Shown here one piece after another: positions 38,987-48,044 of a DNA stretch of 64,000 bases. How positions within the stretch are numbered: the first letter of the stretch is position 1; each line of letters begins with the position of its first letter. The notes below the pieces were generated by a model. It was given only the letters and a program-made list of their open reading frames with translations. It did no database searches and had not been told where the DNA came from. The position numbers and the translations under genes were made by a program. Where the stretch lies: IMG/VR virus record IMGVR_UViG_3300037312_000757; one strand, given 5' to 3'. Origin of the DNA: a virus. Taxonomy: Duplodnaviria; Heunggongvirae; Uroviricota; Caudoviricetes.

Positions 38987-39015
38987 AGTCTAGTACGCCA
39001 TGTGAGCGGCGTCAA
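38987..39015 (-). promoter_or_regulatory. Sigma70-like promoter TTGACG-N17-TAGACT
   Basis: Near consensus, 17-bp spacer. Confidence 0.65.
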
Positions 39016-39021
39016 GTGAAT

Positions 39022-40458
39022 TTACAACTGAAGGCGCCAGTAGCCTGGGAAATAGACACCGTCGATAGCCATTTGCCAACGTCCAGCCTGTGGGTCAAAC
39101 TTCAATTGCGCACCTGAGCTCAGGTTAGCCACGAACTGAACCGTGTCAGCCTGCGATGCGTCAAATGAGATCATCCATCCAAGCGGTGTGTTTTCGATGA
39201 TATCACCAGCTGAAGCATTGATGTGGTTGCCCCAGGCATTACCACCAGCCACATCCTCAGTAATCATGTATCGCTGACCAAGAGCGGCTGCTGGAAAAGC
39301 GGAACCGTTCGGTAGGATCTTCCCTGGATAGGTTGTCAACGGGTTGATAATCGCGTTGATCGCGCCAAGTGTGTTGCCTGGAAGTGTGTCTACTTCTACT
39401 TGCCAGATAAGTTCGTTAGGTTGTGAGCCATACTGAATTGAGCCGATCACGTCCAAGTTTGAGTAACCGTCTTCAATACTGTGCATCAATCGCAATGTGC
39501 TGTGCGCTGGCACCAGGGTACCATACTTTTGCAGCAATGTGGCCCAACTGTAGATATTACCATCTTTGTCGGTTTCCTCACCGTCAGCACCAAGCAGTGT
39601 GATAGTATCACCAACAATGCTGATTTGAAAGTCACCTGGTGTTGTGATAACGCGTTGCAGTTGTCCACCAACACCGCCGCCGGACTCGTAGCCAGCAGCG
39701 TCAGGCAATGCATCAGCATGATCCTGATCATGGTAGATCTGTGTTGAATCGTTGTGGATATTCGTAACCACTTGGTGGATCAAGCGTTGCTGCTTGACAA
39801 TAGCAGGTGGTGAGATCCACATCGGCAGCTTGAACGTAAACGTCAAGATGTCGATTTCACTGCTGGTACCAATTGGAATTGCTCGCGAACTCCATGTGAT
39901 ATCATTCAATGTCATTGTTGTCTTCGCTGACCAGTCAACAGCATTGTCTGAGTTCTGAATCTCAAAGCCAACATTGAACATCATGAAGATTTGTTCAAAT
40001 AGCTGATGCTTTTGCAGTTCGTTGCTAGTCCATACGTCAACTTGAAGTGTCACATCTAGTGGATGTGGCATCATGCGAGAAACTGAGTATTGGTGACCCA
40101 ACTCTGAGGTGTATGCGCCAGTGGCTGGATCTACTGCACGTTCATTAACATGCACCGTGCTGATATGAGACGGTGACTGTGTACGGTCTCGATTGAGTTC
40201 CACACCCTTAATGAACACGGTAATCATCGGACATGATGTCATTGTGTTCTCGGAGTTGTTTTGCAGAATATAACCAACTTGACGATTTTGAGTTGCCATG
40301 CGGCAAGGTACGACTCGCAGTTGTTGAGTACCATCTGCGAGTACGCCAGATTGATATTGGAACCCAGAAAACGCACGGATGACTTGAAGCAGATAGCGTT
40401 TAATCTGCTCGTCATAGAAGAAATCGACGGGCGTAAATGTTGGGGTCACTGATGGCAT
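39022..40458 (-). CDS. Tail terminator/sheath stabiliser (gp15-like) with C-terminal extension
   Basis: FFYDEQIKRY, PHPLDVTLQVDVWT, QLFEQI, WISPP. Confidence 0.8.
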   Translation of the reverse strand: MPSVTPTFTPVDFFYDEQIKRYLLQVIRAFSGFQYQSGVLADGTQQLRVVPCRMATQNRQVGYILQNNSENTMTSCPMITVFIKGVELNRDRTQSPSHISTVHVNERAVDPATGAYTSELGHQYSVSRMMPHPLDVTLQVDVWTSNELQKHQLFEQIFMMFNVGFEIQNSDNAVDWSAKTTMTLNDITWSSRAIPIGTSSEIDILTFTFKLPMWISPPAIVKQQRLIHQVVTNIHNDSTQIYHDQDHADALPDAAGYESGGGVGGQLQRVITTPGDFQISIVGDTITLLGADGEETDKDGNIYSWATLLQKYGTLVPAHSTLRLMHSIEDGYSNLDVIGSIQYGSQPNELIWQVEVDTLPGNTLGAINAIINPLTTYPGKILPNGSAFPAAALGQRYMITEDVAGGNAWGNHINASAGDIIENTPLGWMISFDASQADTVQFVANLSSGAQLKFDPQAGRWQMAIDGVYFPGYWRLQL

Positions 40459-40955
40459 TATTGATCGTCCGGTGAAAGGAACAAGTCACGTTCAGCATTA
40501 CGACGGCGAGTCAAGCCAGGCAATGCAACCAATTGGCCATTTTGACGAGCCTTGTTCCATTTTGGAAACTCATTTGCCGCCGCTTGGAAGTTACCAGCAT
40601 TGACATACTTCAACAGAGTTGAGCTCTTCAGATTTGCTGCACCTGCGTTGTAGCAGAAGTCAACCAGAGCGTCGAACTGATTCTGTGTGAGCGGTACTTG
40701 AACCATAGAGTTAACAGCATCAATGAATTGTTGCAGAACTAGCTCGAGCAGTTGTTCGGCTTGATCTACAGTCATTGGTGGTGTTTGCATTGTTACTGCA
40801 TTTGAGTTCAGGTCGATACGGCTACCATAACCAATTGTTGGCAAGCCGATTGGATCCTTGTATGGGTAAACCAGACCTGTTGAACGGTCGTAACGAGCTA
40901 GACCTTCAAATTGCTTGATCAGATCGATACAAGCGTCGCTAATTTCCATTGCCAT
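40458..40955 (-). CDS. GH24 lysozyme (endolysin)
   Basis: IKQFEG, YKDPIGLPTIGYG, QNQFDALVDFCYN, GLTRRR. Confidence 0.93.
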   Translation of the reverse strand: MAMEISDACIDLIKQFEGLARYDRSTGLVYPYKDPIGLPTIGYGSRIDLNSNAVTMQTPPMTVDQAEQLLELVLQQFIDAVNSMVQVPLTQNQFDALVDFCYNAGAANLKSSTLLKYVNAGNFQAAANEFPKWNKARQNGQLVALPGLTRRRNAERDLFLSPDDQ

Positions 40956-41009
40956 GTTTGTTCTCCTGTAGGCGCAGTTGTGCGCCTACGTATTTATGGC
41001 AAATGAGAA

Positions 41010-42095
41010 TTAGAAATCCGCTTTCGGAAGAATAGCCTTGCTCAATGGCTGCTTCTGCTGGATCACAGTACCATCGTCCAGTGTGGAGGTCTTCTGGTTC
41101 TGGATGAAGCTTTCGAGCAAACGACTTGCCATACTCCAGTCTTGCTGGCGATAATCAAGCTCTTGACGGATCCACGAGCCATTTTCGTCCTTGCGATACA
41201 ACACGTTTGGTTCATAGTCCAGTCGCAAGTAGTAATCACCAGTCGAAGCGTTGTCTGGGAATGCATTCCCAGATCCTACTAGCTGAGCGCCGTTTGGAGG
41301 TACACCGTCACCAGCAAATACCCATGGATATTGGTTTCCAAGTTCTTCACCAGGAACGATGTAGTATTGGCGAGTTTCGAAGTAACGAGCAGACACATGT
41401 GTCTTCGCTTCCTCAACCACAGAATTGTCAATGCCCATGGTTGCGGCCACGTTTGACATCAAATCACGCAACTTGGTATCTGTTTCGAGACCAAATGGAT
41501 CCAATGCGTTCTGGCTGAGGATTTGATCGTATTCCTGGGAGTCTGTCAGTGGCTTGCACTTGATACGCCAGATATGAGGATACCAAGTCTGAGAGTAACC
41601 ATCACTTGCTCGAGTTGCGTCCTCAATGGAGTAAAACTTGTTGATCGCCTTCGCCTCAGGATCAAGCAACGCATCATCACGAAGGTGAGGGAGTTCGATC
41701 ACATCACCAGACATGAGCTTGCGCCCAATGAGCTTTATCATGTCGTTGAGGTGCAATTCAATGAAGATAGTGTCGTTGTCCAGGAAGAGGCCAAACTGAC
41801 TCAGGTCGAATTCTGAGTCCTGAATGTTGTAGATGCCACGCAGTTCGTAGACGTCTGGTGCGTAGGCTCGATCTCTGTTCTCCAGGAACAGAACATCTTG
41901 GATCTTTGTCTCACCACCAGCTGCAACTCCTGTTGGATTCCCATCCTCATCTACTCCATTGGGATCTTGGACACCAATGTATTTGTGGACTAGGACAGCA
42001 GTTCCACTGATGGAGAAGTATTCGGCTATGGAGCGGTCCAGGAACTTGTAGTTGTTGGACTTCTGTCCAGAGTTCCAGATGGATAGTTTTGGCAT
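41010..42095 (-). CDS. Neck protein (gp14-like)
   Basis: IQDVLFLENRDR, DLSQFGLF, GDVIELPH; clustered with gp13/gp15. Confidence 0.75.
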   Translation of the reverse strand: MPKLSIWNSGQKSNNYKFLDRSIAEYFSISGTAVLVHKYIGVQDPNGVDEDGNPTGVAAGGETKIQDVLFLENRDRAYAPDVYELRGIYNIQDSEFDLSQFGLFLDNDTIFIELHLNDMIKLIGRKLMSGDVIELPHLRDDALLDPEAKAINKFYSIEDATRASDGYSQTWYPHIWRIKCKPLTDSQEYDQILSQNALDPFGLETDTKLRDLMSNVAATMGIDNSVVEEAKTHVSARYFETRQYYIVPGEELGNQYPWVFAGDGVPPNGAQLVGSGNAFPDNASTGDYYLRLDYEPNVLYRKDENGSWIRQELDYRQQDWSMASRLLESFIQNQKTSTLDDGTVIQQKQPLSKAILPKADF

Positions 42096-42163
42096 GTGTG
42101 TCTCCCTCTTGTTGAGATATTTATCGGGAGCTTCATATGGCTGATTATCGTGTCGTGGAAAAA

Positions 42164-42471
42164 TGAAGAGTTCTGCCTGGGTTTGACATCATCCGTGAAG
42201 GGTCCCAGACCCTGAAAATGATTGATTACCTCCATGAATATTCGTTGATATTTGGTTTATAAGTGGTGTTACCACTACCAATTATGAGGAGTTCTCTCTG
42301 GGTTTATTACTATCAATGATTAGTTTGGTAACCTCCATGATGTCTTTCTTGGTATTATTCCTCACGAATAATGGTGAGTTCTCTCTGGGTTTGGTAATAC
42401 TCGTGAGTGTATTTGGTTACCTCCATGAGTTCTTCGTGAGGAATTCCATTGAAGTTCTTTCATGAGGAATT
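42164..42471 (+). repeat. Alternating A-B repeat array (3x), candidate replication origin
   Basis: A=GAGTTCTnyCTGGGTTT at 42168, 42289, 42376; B=wTTGrTwACCTCCATGA at 42221, 42324, 42412; two AGTTCTT...TGAGGAATT at about 42428 and 42453. Confidence 0.85.
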
Positions 42472-42575
42472 GGTATTGGGAAGTGATTATTAGGTGGAAC
42501 CACCATTGTATATTGGTATGAGTATTAAATTTTGTGTGTTTTGCGATAAATATTATGGTTATGGAGGGGGTAGTG

Positions 42576-43352
42576 ATGAACACACCTAATCAGATTAGTG
42601 GTCGTATGCGCCTGATAAAGGAATTGCAGTTGCGTCTTGGTGGTGGGATGGTTGATTTGGAGTTGGATCCTGAGCATTATGACTTGGCGGTTCAATATGC
42701 GTTGGATCGTTATCGCCAGCGTTCGACCAATTCATTGGAGGAGTCGTATATCTTTTTGGATCTTCAGCCTGAGGTGACTCAATATACGATGCCGAATGAG
42801 GTTCAGGAGGTTACGAAGGTATTTCGTCGTGGTATTGGTGGTAATCAGGGTGGTCCTCAGATTGATCCATTCAGTCTTGCTTTTTCGAACAATTTGTATT
42901 TGATAAACAATCCTGGTGGTATGAGTGCTGGTGGTAGTGGTACTTTAGCCACATATGATTTGGCGATGCAATTTCAGAGCCAAGCTGGCCGCATGTTTGG
43001 TCGTGAGTTGTTGTTTCAGTGGGAGCCGGTAAGTCATCGTATCACATTTGACCGTGCTTTTGTGGCGGTTGAGACCATATTGCTTCAGGTATGGAATACT
43101 CGTCCTGAGGAGGTATTGTTTGCTGATACGTATGCACGTCCATGGTTGCGTGATTATGCGACTGCGGTGTGCAAGCAGATGATGGGTGAGGCACGTGGTA
43201 AGTTTTCGCAGATTGCTGGTCCACAGGGTGGTTTCACATTAAATGGTGAAGCTTTGAAGACTGAGGCGGCGGCTGAGATGGAGCGTCTTGAGAAGGAGCT
43301 CAAGGATCTTATCGATCAACGTGCCGGTGGATACGGTTTCAGTATCGGATAG
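42576..43352 (+). CDS. Neck protein (gp13-like)
   Basis: LRLGGGMVDLELD, WLRDYATA, GKFSQIAGPQGGFTLNG; late promoter core at 42547. Confidence 0.88.
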   Translation: MNTPNQISGRMRLIKELQLRLGGGMVDLELDPEHYDLAVQYALDRYRQRSTNSLEESYIFLDLQPEVTQYTMPNEVQEVTKVFRRGIGGNQGGPQIDPFSLAFSNNLYLINNPGGMSAGGSGTLATYDLAMQFQSQAGRMFGRELLFQWEPVSHRITFDRAFVAVETILLQVWNTRPEEVLFADTYARPWLRDYATAVCKQMMGEARGKFSQIAGPQGGFTLNGEALKTEAAAEMERLEKELKDLIDQRAGGYGFSIG

Positions 43353-43392
43353 AGCTAAGTTACGAGTTCTTTTTTGGTTAATAAATACCAAT

Positions 43393-44157
43393 ATGGAACT
43401 TAAACAAAAACTTCAAAATTACTTGGTGGCCAATACTGATCGCCACAATACTAAATGGCTTAACAGTAGAGACCCTGAACTTTGGGTCTCTATTCTTAAC
43501 GCAACTTCTTTTCTCCCCGAAACAGCGGCACCAAAGCAGCGTTGTTGGCATATCATCAACGACTCGTATGCTATACCAACTTGTCCAATAACAGGTAACA
43601 ATGTTAAATGGCAAGATAATCGTTATTTGACGTATTCATCTATTTCAGCCGCTTCATCAGACCCTGAACTATACCAAAAGAAAGTAGATACTTATATTTC
43701 AAAAACAGGGTTCAAAGGACATTGGAAGAATAATCCAGAAGTTAAAGAGCAGTGTCGGGAAACTTTTGCAAAAACAAAAGCTCAAGGAAAACATAAGAAA
43801 GTTGTGCGTTCGGAAACTTGGAGAACCAAAGTTCAAGCCACTTGGGACAAGAAATATGAAGAACAGAATTTAGCTGATTATGAGAAGTATAGAGTTGTTG
43901 TTAACAAAATAACACGCAGGAATTACACAAAATATAAAAATTTGATTGAAACTAATGGTTTGACCAAGTGCAAAGAAAATCATCTAGATCACATCTTTAG
44001 TGTATCTGAGGCCTGGAGGAATGGAGTAGACCCAGAAATTGTTGGTCATTGGACAAATCTACGCGTCATACCTGCTGTGGAGAATATGTCAAAGAATGCT
44101 AGAAGTGATAAAACGTTGGAACAATTGTATGACGATTACAAGAATGCCATTCAGTGA
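43393..44157 (+). CDS. Free-standing HNH homing endonuclease
   Basis: HLDHIFS...NLRVIPAVENMSK; AT-rich; flanked by duplicated gp13 3' end. Confidence 0.8.
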   Translation: MELKQKLQNYLVANTDRHNTKWLNSRDPELWVSILNATSFLPETAAPKQRCWHIINDSYAIPTCPITGNNVKWQDNRYLTYSSISAASSDPELYQKKVDTYISKTGFKGHWKNNPEVKEQCRETFAKTKAQGKHKKVVRSETWRTKVQATWDKKYEEQNLADYEKYRVVVNKITRRNYTKYKNLIETNGLTKCKENHLDHIFSVSEAWRNGVDPEIVGHWTNLRVIPAVENMSKNARSDKTLEQLYDDYKNAIQ

Positions 44158-44226
44158 AATGGATTTTCGATAGGTGATGAGCTGAAATACGGTTTCAGTA
44201 TTGGTTAATTGAAACCAGATATGATG

Positions 44227-44251
44227 AAAGGCTACCATTTGGTAGCCTTTT
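44227..44251. terminator. Terminator between convergent genes
   Basis: AAAGGCTACC-attt-GGTAGCCTTTT. Confidence 0.75.
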
Positions 44252-44596
44252 CTATTTGAGCATTGCTATGATGATGTCATCTTCGTCGTTGATTTCGACG
44301 GTTGGGTTTTCTGCTTTCTTCATCATGAATGGGAAGCCGTGATTGGTTTTTATCCAGTCAACTGCTTCCTTCAGAGTATTGAAGTAGATTTGTCCGTAAT
44401 CTGCAGGTTCGAACTGTTTAGTGTCTGTATTGTAGTAACCGACTTTTCCAACTTCAATTGAGAAGTGAGGTTCACCGTCTTCGCCTATTCCCTTGAAAAA
44501 GAATTTGCGTTCTGCGTACACTACCCATGAACTACCTTCTGGGTCATACCAGCTTGCTGATATCAGGAATGGTCTTATGAATACTTCTTCTAGCAT
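44252..44596 (-). CDS. Small paralog family B
   Basis: KTNHGFPF...EINDEDDIIIAMLK; resembles 48277-48531. Confidence 0.72.
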   Translation of the reverse strand: MLEEVFIRPFLISASWYDPEGSSWVVYAERKFFFKGIGEDGEPHFSIEVGKVGYYNTDTKQFEPADYGQIYFNTLKEAVDWIKTNHGFPFMMKKAENPTVEINDEDDIIIAMLK

Positions 44597-44898
44597 GAGT
44601 ATCTCAGGATTGCTTCTACTGCATCGGTTTCATTTTCGACTAGCATCCAGTCGGAATGACTGAATGAATCGACGTTGTGGTCAGGTACTACCAGTATTGG
44701 TACACCAGAACAGTATTGCAATTTTTGCGGTTGTATGAGTGCGTACTGCAATGCGGCTCGAAAGTTTCTTCCCAATGCCACGATGTCGCCACCACCGTAG
44801 TCATTGAATTCATGACTATCCATTCTCACCGTAGCACTGCGAAACATGTACCACGCTTTGGCGTGTCGGTCTAGGTATTGAAGAAGGATTACTCGCAT
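44590..44898 (-). CDS. Small paralog family B
   Basis: FRAALQYA...PILVV...VENETDAVEAILRY. Confidence 0.72.
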   Translation of the reverse strand: MRVILLQYLDRHAKAWYMFRSATVRMDSHEFNDYGGGDIVALGRNFRAALQYALIQPQKLQYCSGVPILVVPDHNVDSFSHSDWMLVENETDAVEAILRYSC

Positions 44899-45170
44899 TT
44901 TGTCAAGACCGCAGCCACCGCTTCGTATTCGTCTTTAACTAGCACAACCTTGAAGTCGTCATTGAGACGTAATGCTACGGGTTTACCATTACTGATTGAT
45001 AATGCGTATCGGCAAGCCAACAGAAGCGTTGCAAAACTGTTACGAGCAACTCCCCAACGGTTCAGTTCGCACTTACCGTCATCGTATTCATATATTTCGC
45101 AATATTGGTGAATCACCCATGCTTCATTGGTGATTGAGGCACGAACTGTTATCAAGCTGTGGACTTTCAT
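44889..45170 (-). CDS. Small paralog family B
   Basis: VKDEYEAVAAVLTK. Confidence 0.7.
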   Translation of the reverse strand: MKVHSLITVRASITNEAWVIHQYCEIYEYDDGKCELNRWGVARNSFATLLLACRYALSISNGKPVALRLNDDFKVVLVKDEYEAVAAVLTKCE

Positions 45171-45448
45171 TCGTAACTCAACAAAGCTTCGACCTTAGTC
45201 GCGTCATCCGTTATAGTCATACGTTTGTCTGGATGCACAACCAGAATTGGCAAATCAACCAAAAGGGAACTCTGGAGTCGTTCCAATGCTGCTTTGAAAG
45301 GAAGCATCAGTCTGTACGCTCCTCCGTTCAATATGACATCTAGTGTCGCCGTGTCATACTGAACGTGGTAACAGAGCATCCATGCTCCCGTATCGTCACT
45401 CCATAAGAGTGCAGGACCGACGTGATCGGTGATTGGAAGGTCAGCCAT
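45167..45448 (-). CDS. Small paralog family B
   Basis: FKAALE...LPILVV...ITDDATKVEALLSYE. Confidence 0.7.
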   Translation of the reverse strand: MADLPITDHVGPALLWSDDTGAWMLCYHVQYDTATLDVILNGGAYRLMLPFKAALERLQSSLLVDLPILVVHPDKRMTITDDATKVEALLSYE

Positions 45449-45626
45449 GGCCGATGCGAGTTACAACCTTGTTTTCATCCAAGTACACATTCACTCGTCC
45501 GTATACGAAATCGGCGGTGTAAATGAAGCCTGGTTGTTTCACGCGGACACCGTGCTGCTGAAGCTTTTGAATGTCGTCCTCGGTTAGTTTCGTGCCTACG
45601 AGGTCTTCGAGTGTTTTTGCCTGCAT
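45441..45626 (-). CDS. Peptidase inhibitor I78/I13-like protein
   Basis: LVG...VRVKQPG..YTADFVYGRVNVYLDENKVVTRIGHG fits the (T)MDY-RLNV-D family pattern. Confidence 0.7.
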   Translation of the reverse strand: MQAKTLEDLVGTKLTEDDIQKLQQHGVRVKQPGFIYTADFVYGRVNVYLDENKVVTRIGHG

Positions 45627-45772
45627 GGTTGCCAATTCATGTAAAAGCCGTAGTGTGTTACTGCGGGTGGCAACAGTCAAGCGCTTATAACCTTCTTACT
45701 GATTTTGTAAACATATTAGGTTTGCGCGGTGCTATTCTTACGGTCTCGCTTCCCTTCATACATGATTCCACT

Positions 45773-46036
45773 ATGTTCATCGGAGATGCAAGCTTCGATG
45801 CGGATGCGCTCGCTCATCATTTGGTGAATGAAATCTGCAGGCTGGAGACGCCATTTGGTGATATCATCATACGGCGCGGTCGATGGATAATGGATGAGAA
45901 GAAAGCACGTTATTGGGTGTTTGCGCCTAAGTTCAGGTTTGGTGGAGGTATGTATGATGAGGCCAATCTTGTCAAGGTGGTGAACAGCTTGCTAGAGCAG
46001 GCTATTATTGATGCCAGTTTGCGTGCAACGCGCTAG
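45773..46036 (+). CDS. Possible hypothetical protein, start uncertain
   Basis: Fills the gap before pth2; no clear RBS. Confidence 0.3.
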   Translation: MFIGDASFDADALAHHLVNEICRLETPFGDIIIRRGRWIMDEKKARYWVFAPKFRFGGGMYDEANLVKVVNSLLEQAIIDASLRATR

Positions 46037-46071
46037 ATTTGGTGTTACCATTCATTCCGTTCTAGGAGTGA

Positions 46072-46503
46072 ATGATGTCAAAACAAAAAGAAATGAAGTA
46101 CGAGTTTTTGTCCGAACCGTACCTGTATATCCTGATGCGCACCGATATGGCCAGCATGAACCCGGGCAAAGCTGTTGCTCAGGGTTCGCATGCGACAAAC
46201 CTGTTCGAGAACGCGATGAAGCACGGCACTCGTTCTGATCTGCAGAAGCAAATGTTCGAACATTGGAAGGGTGATCGTGGCTTCGGCACGGCAATCACTC
46301 TGAGTGTTGACGGTTCGCAGTTGCAACAAAAGCTTCTGGCTGCTGCACAGGAAGGCTATGTCACGGGTGTTTGTCATGACCCCACCTATCCCCTACGAGA
46401 TGGCTCTGTAACGCATTTGATCCCGTTGGACACGTGCGGATATGTATTTGGTCTGAAAGGGGAACTGGCGTCGATCCTAGGGGATCTATCGCTAATGTCG
46501 TGA
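46072..46503 (+). CDS. Peptidyl-tRNA hydrolase, Pth2 family
   Basis: YILMRTDMASMNPGKAVAQGSHA...W...CHDPT...DT. Confidence 0.8.
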   Translation: MMSKQKEMKYEFLSEPYLYILMRTDMASMNPGKAVAQGSHATNLFENAMKHGTRSDLQKQMFEHWKGDRGFGTAITLSVDGSQLQQKLLAAAQEGYVTGVCHDPTYPLRDGSVTHLIPLDTCGYVFGLKGELASILGDLSLMS

Positions 46504-46556
46504 TGCTATGTCCGACACTATAGGGGTAATGCATCACTAGCTAAAGTACGGTTGAT

Positions 46557-46814
46557 ATGATAAGGTCGATAACAATAACAAAAGACGGCACCACCAAACA
46601 TCCTTGGACAGTTCGTTACCCACACGAATACCTTGGCAAGGGTAACAACTACACACGTATGCCAGACTTCAAATCTGCTTTGCATTATGCAGCAGATCTG
46701 CGCGAGGCTATTCAATATTACAAGCATCTTGAAATTCTGGTTATGGATGAAGACGGCGTCTTTGTTATCGAAGACGATAACGCTGCTATGACCGCTCTTC
46801 TCATGTTCGAGTAA
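46557..46814 (+). CDS. Small paralog family B
   Basis: FKSALHYA...EILVM...IEDDNAAMTALLMFE. Confidence 0.72.
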   Translation: MIRSITITKDGTTKHPWTVRYPHEYLGKGNNYTRMPDFKSALHYAADLREAIQYYKHLEILVMDEDGVFVIEDDNAAMTALLMFE

Positions 46815-46817
46815 ACA

Positions 46818-47123
46818 ATGAATAAAACACCGCTCGATTTCTATCATATTGGCATATACTGGGACGCTGAAGATTTCGTCTGGAACGTCCTTGCTCCTGA
46901 TGTTTACGAACATCATGGTCTGATCATCTATTACGATGATCAACAGCAATATCAAAAAGAACCTGATGTTGAACTGATCCACGCTATCAAGGACGCACAA
47001 AAACGCCAAAAGAAAGAACCTTTGCTTGAGGCGATTCCAATCATTGTCATGAAAGAAGGCGAGTGGATGCGTATTGAAAGTGATGCTGATGCAATTGAAG
47101 CAATCTTGAGGTTTGCATCGTGA
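46818..47123 (+). CDS. Small paralog family B
   Basis: IPIIVM...IESDADAIEAILRF. Confidence 0.72.
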   Translation: MNKTPLDFYHIGIYWDAEDFVWNVLAPDVYEHHGLIIYYDDQQQYQKEPDVELIHAIKDAQKRQKKEPLLEAIPIIVMKEGEWMRIESDADAIEAILRFAS

Positions 47124-47395
47124 GATTCAACATGCATTACCAGATTACGCTGTATCAAGGTGATAGGGGATGGACGGTGTTATATCCACGCCTTGACAGG
47201 GATACTGGGAAGCTTGGTGAAAATCTCTCGTTCTTCTACCACGACCTATCGATGGCAATAAACGTTGTTCGATCTGTCAAGCGGCTTTATACTTACAAGG
47301 ATTTGCCAGTTGTAATTAAGCCAGATAACGGAGATGAACCATATGTTCTTCGCGATGATAATGACTTTGTGGCAGCGCTTCTTACCCACGGTTGA
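47120..47395 (+). CDS. Small paralog family B
   Basis: YKDLPVVI...LRDDNDFVAALLTHG. Confidence 0.72.
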   Translation: MRFNMHYQITLYQGDRGWTVLYPRLDRDTGKLGENLSFFYHDLSMAINVVRSVKRLYTYKDLPVVIKPDNGDEPYVLRDDNDFVAALLTHG

Positions 47396-47400
47396 CAAAG

Positions 47401-47688
47401 ATGGTAAACGTAGCGATTTCGATCGAAAAGAATGACAATACTTGGCGAGTACTAGTACCACGGCTAATCAAGTTAAATGGTGAGTTCATTCTCACCAGCC
47501 ATACCACCGTGGGTGTAGGTTCACTGACTGAAATGGTAAAGGTTGCTGAAAACTACAAAAGCCGCCTGTGGCTCAACGATCCTGAAAAGGATGCTCCGAT
47601 CGTTCTGATAATTGATGAACAGGAAGTTGCGTGGGAAGGCCAGACTGACGCACAGAAAGTGGCCATCATTCTGCAATACGGACCATGA
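47401..47688 (+). CDS. Small paralog family B
   Basis: WRVLVP...APIVLI...QTDAQKVAIILQY; start 47392 or 47401. Confidence 0.7.
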   Translation: MVNVAISIEKNDNTWRVLVPRLIKLNGEFILTSHTTVGVGSLTEMVKVAENYKSRLWLNDPEKDAPIVLIIDEQEVAWEGQTDAQKVAIILQYGP

Positions 47689-48044
47689 TTATAAACGTAC
47701 GAAAGCAAAATCCACCAATGATTCTTGTTCAAAGGAATCGGTGGTATTCAAGCCGCAATCGAAATTGGGAAGTGATGTTGCCATACCGTCAATATGGTGT
47801 CGCGCAACCGTTAACTGTCCAAAATCACTGGTCTTGTCACTATGAATCATTCCAAACGTTGGGCGCCGCGTGTAAGCGAGCATTTCGTGCAAAACAGATG
47901 GTGAAGGCATATAAAGACCTTCCAATCTATCTTGAAGCGGCACCATACCAACCTTCGTGGTCTCCTAATTCCCAGAAGGAATATGAACTGCTTGAGTGCG
48001 AGACTGACGCAATTGTCCACATCCTCACACAAGATGCCAAATGA
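47685..48044 (+). CDS. Small paralog family B
   Basis: YKDLPIYL...LECETDAIVHILT. Confidence 0.72.
   Translation: MIINVRKQNPPMILVQRNRWYSSRNRNWEVMLPYRQYGVAQPLTVQNHWSCHYESFQTLGAACKRAFRAKQMVKAYKDLPIYLEAAPYQPSWSPNSQKEYELLECETDAIVHILTQDAK

Noticed and set aside
42221-42428. CsrA/RsmA sponge RNA (minus strand UCAUGGAGGU x3)
   Set aside because: Fits CANGGANG but is not presented in hairpin loops, and the copy at about 2056 is antisense to its host gene; kept only as a minor alternative
42164-42471. CRISPR or TIGR-like guide array
   Set aside because: Two alternating ~17-bp motifs with 18-51 nt spacers of irregular length, no cas/Tas-like gene in the window, and a copy inside a CDS; fits DNA binding sites better
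43288-43392. N-terminal extension of the HNH ORF given by the track
   Set aside because: Overlaps gp13; late promoter core and ATG at 43393 indicate the real start
44170-44220. Hammerhead-like TGATGAG...GAAA
   Set aside because: Lacks the CUGAUGA core and three-stem geometry; explained by the gp13-end duplication
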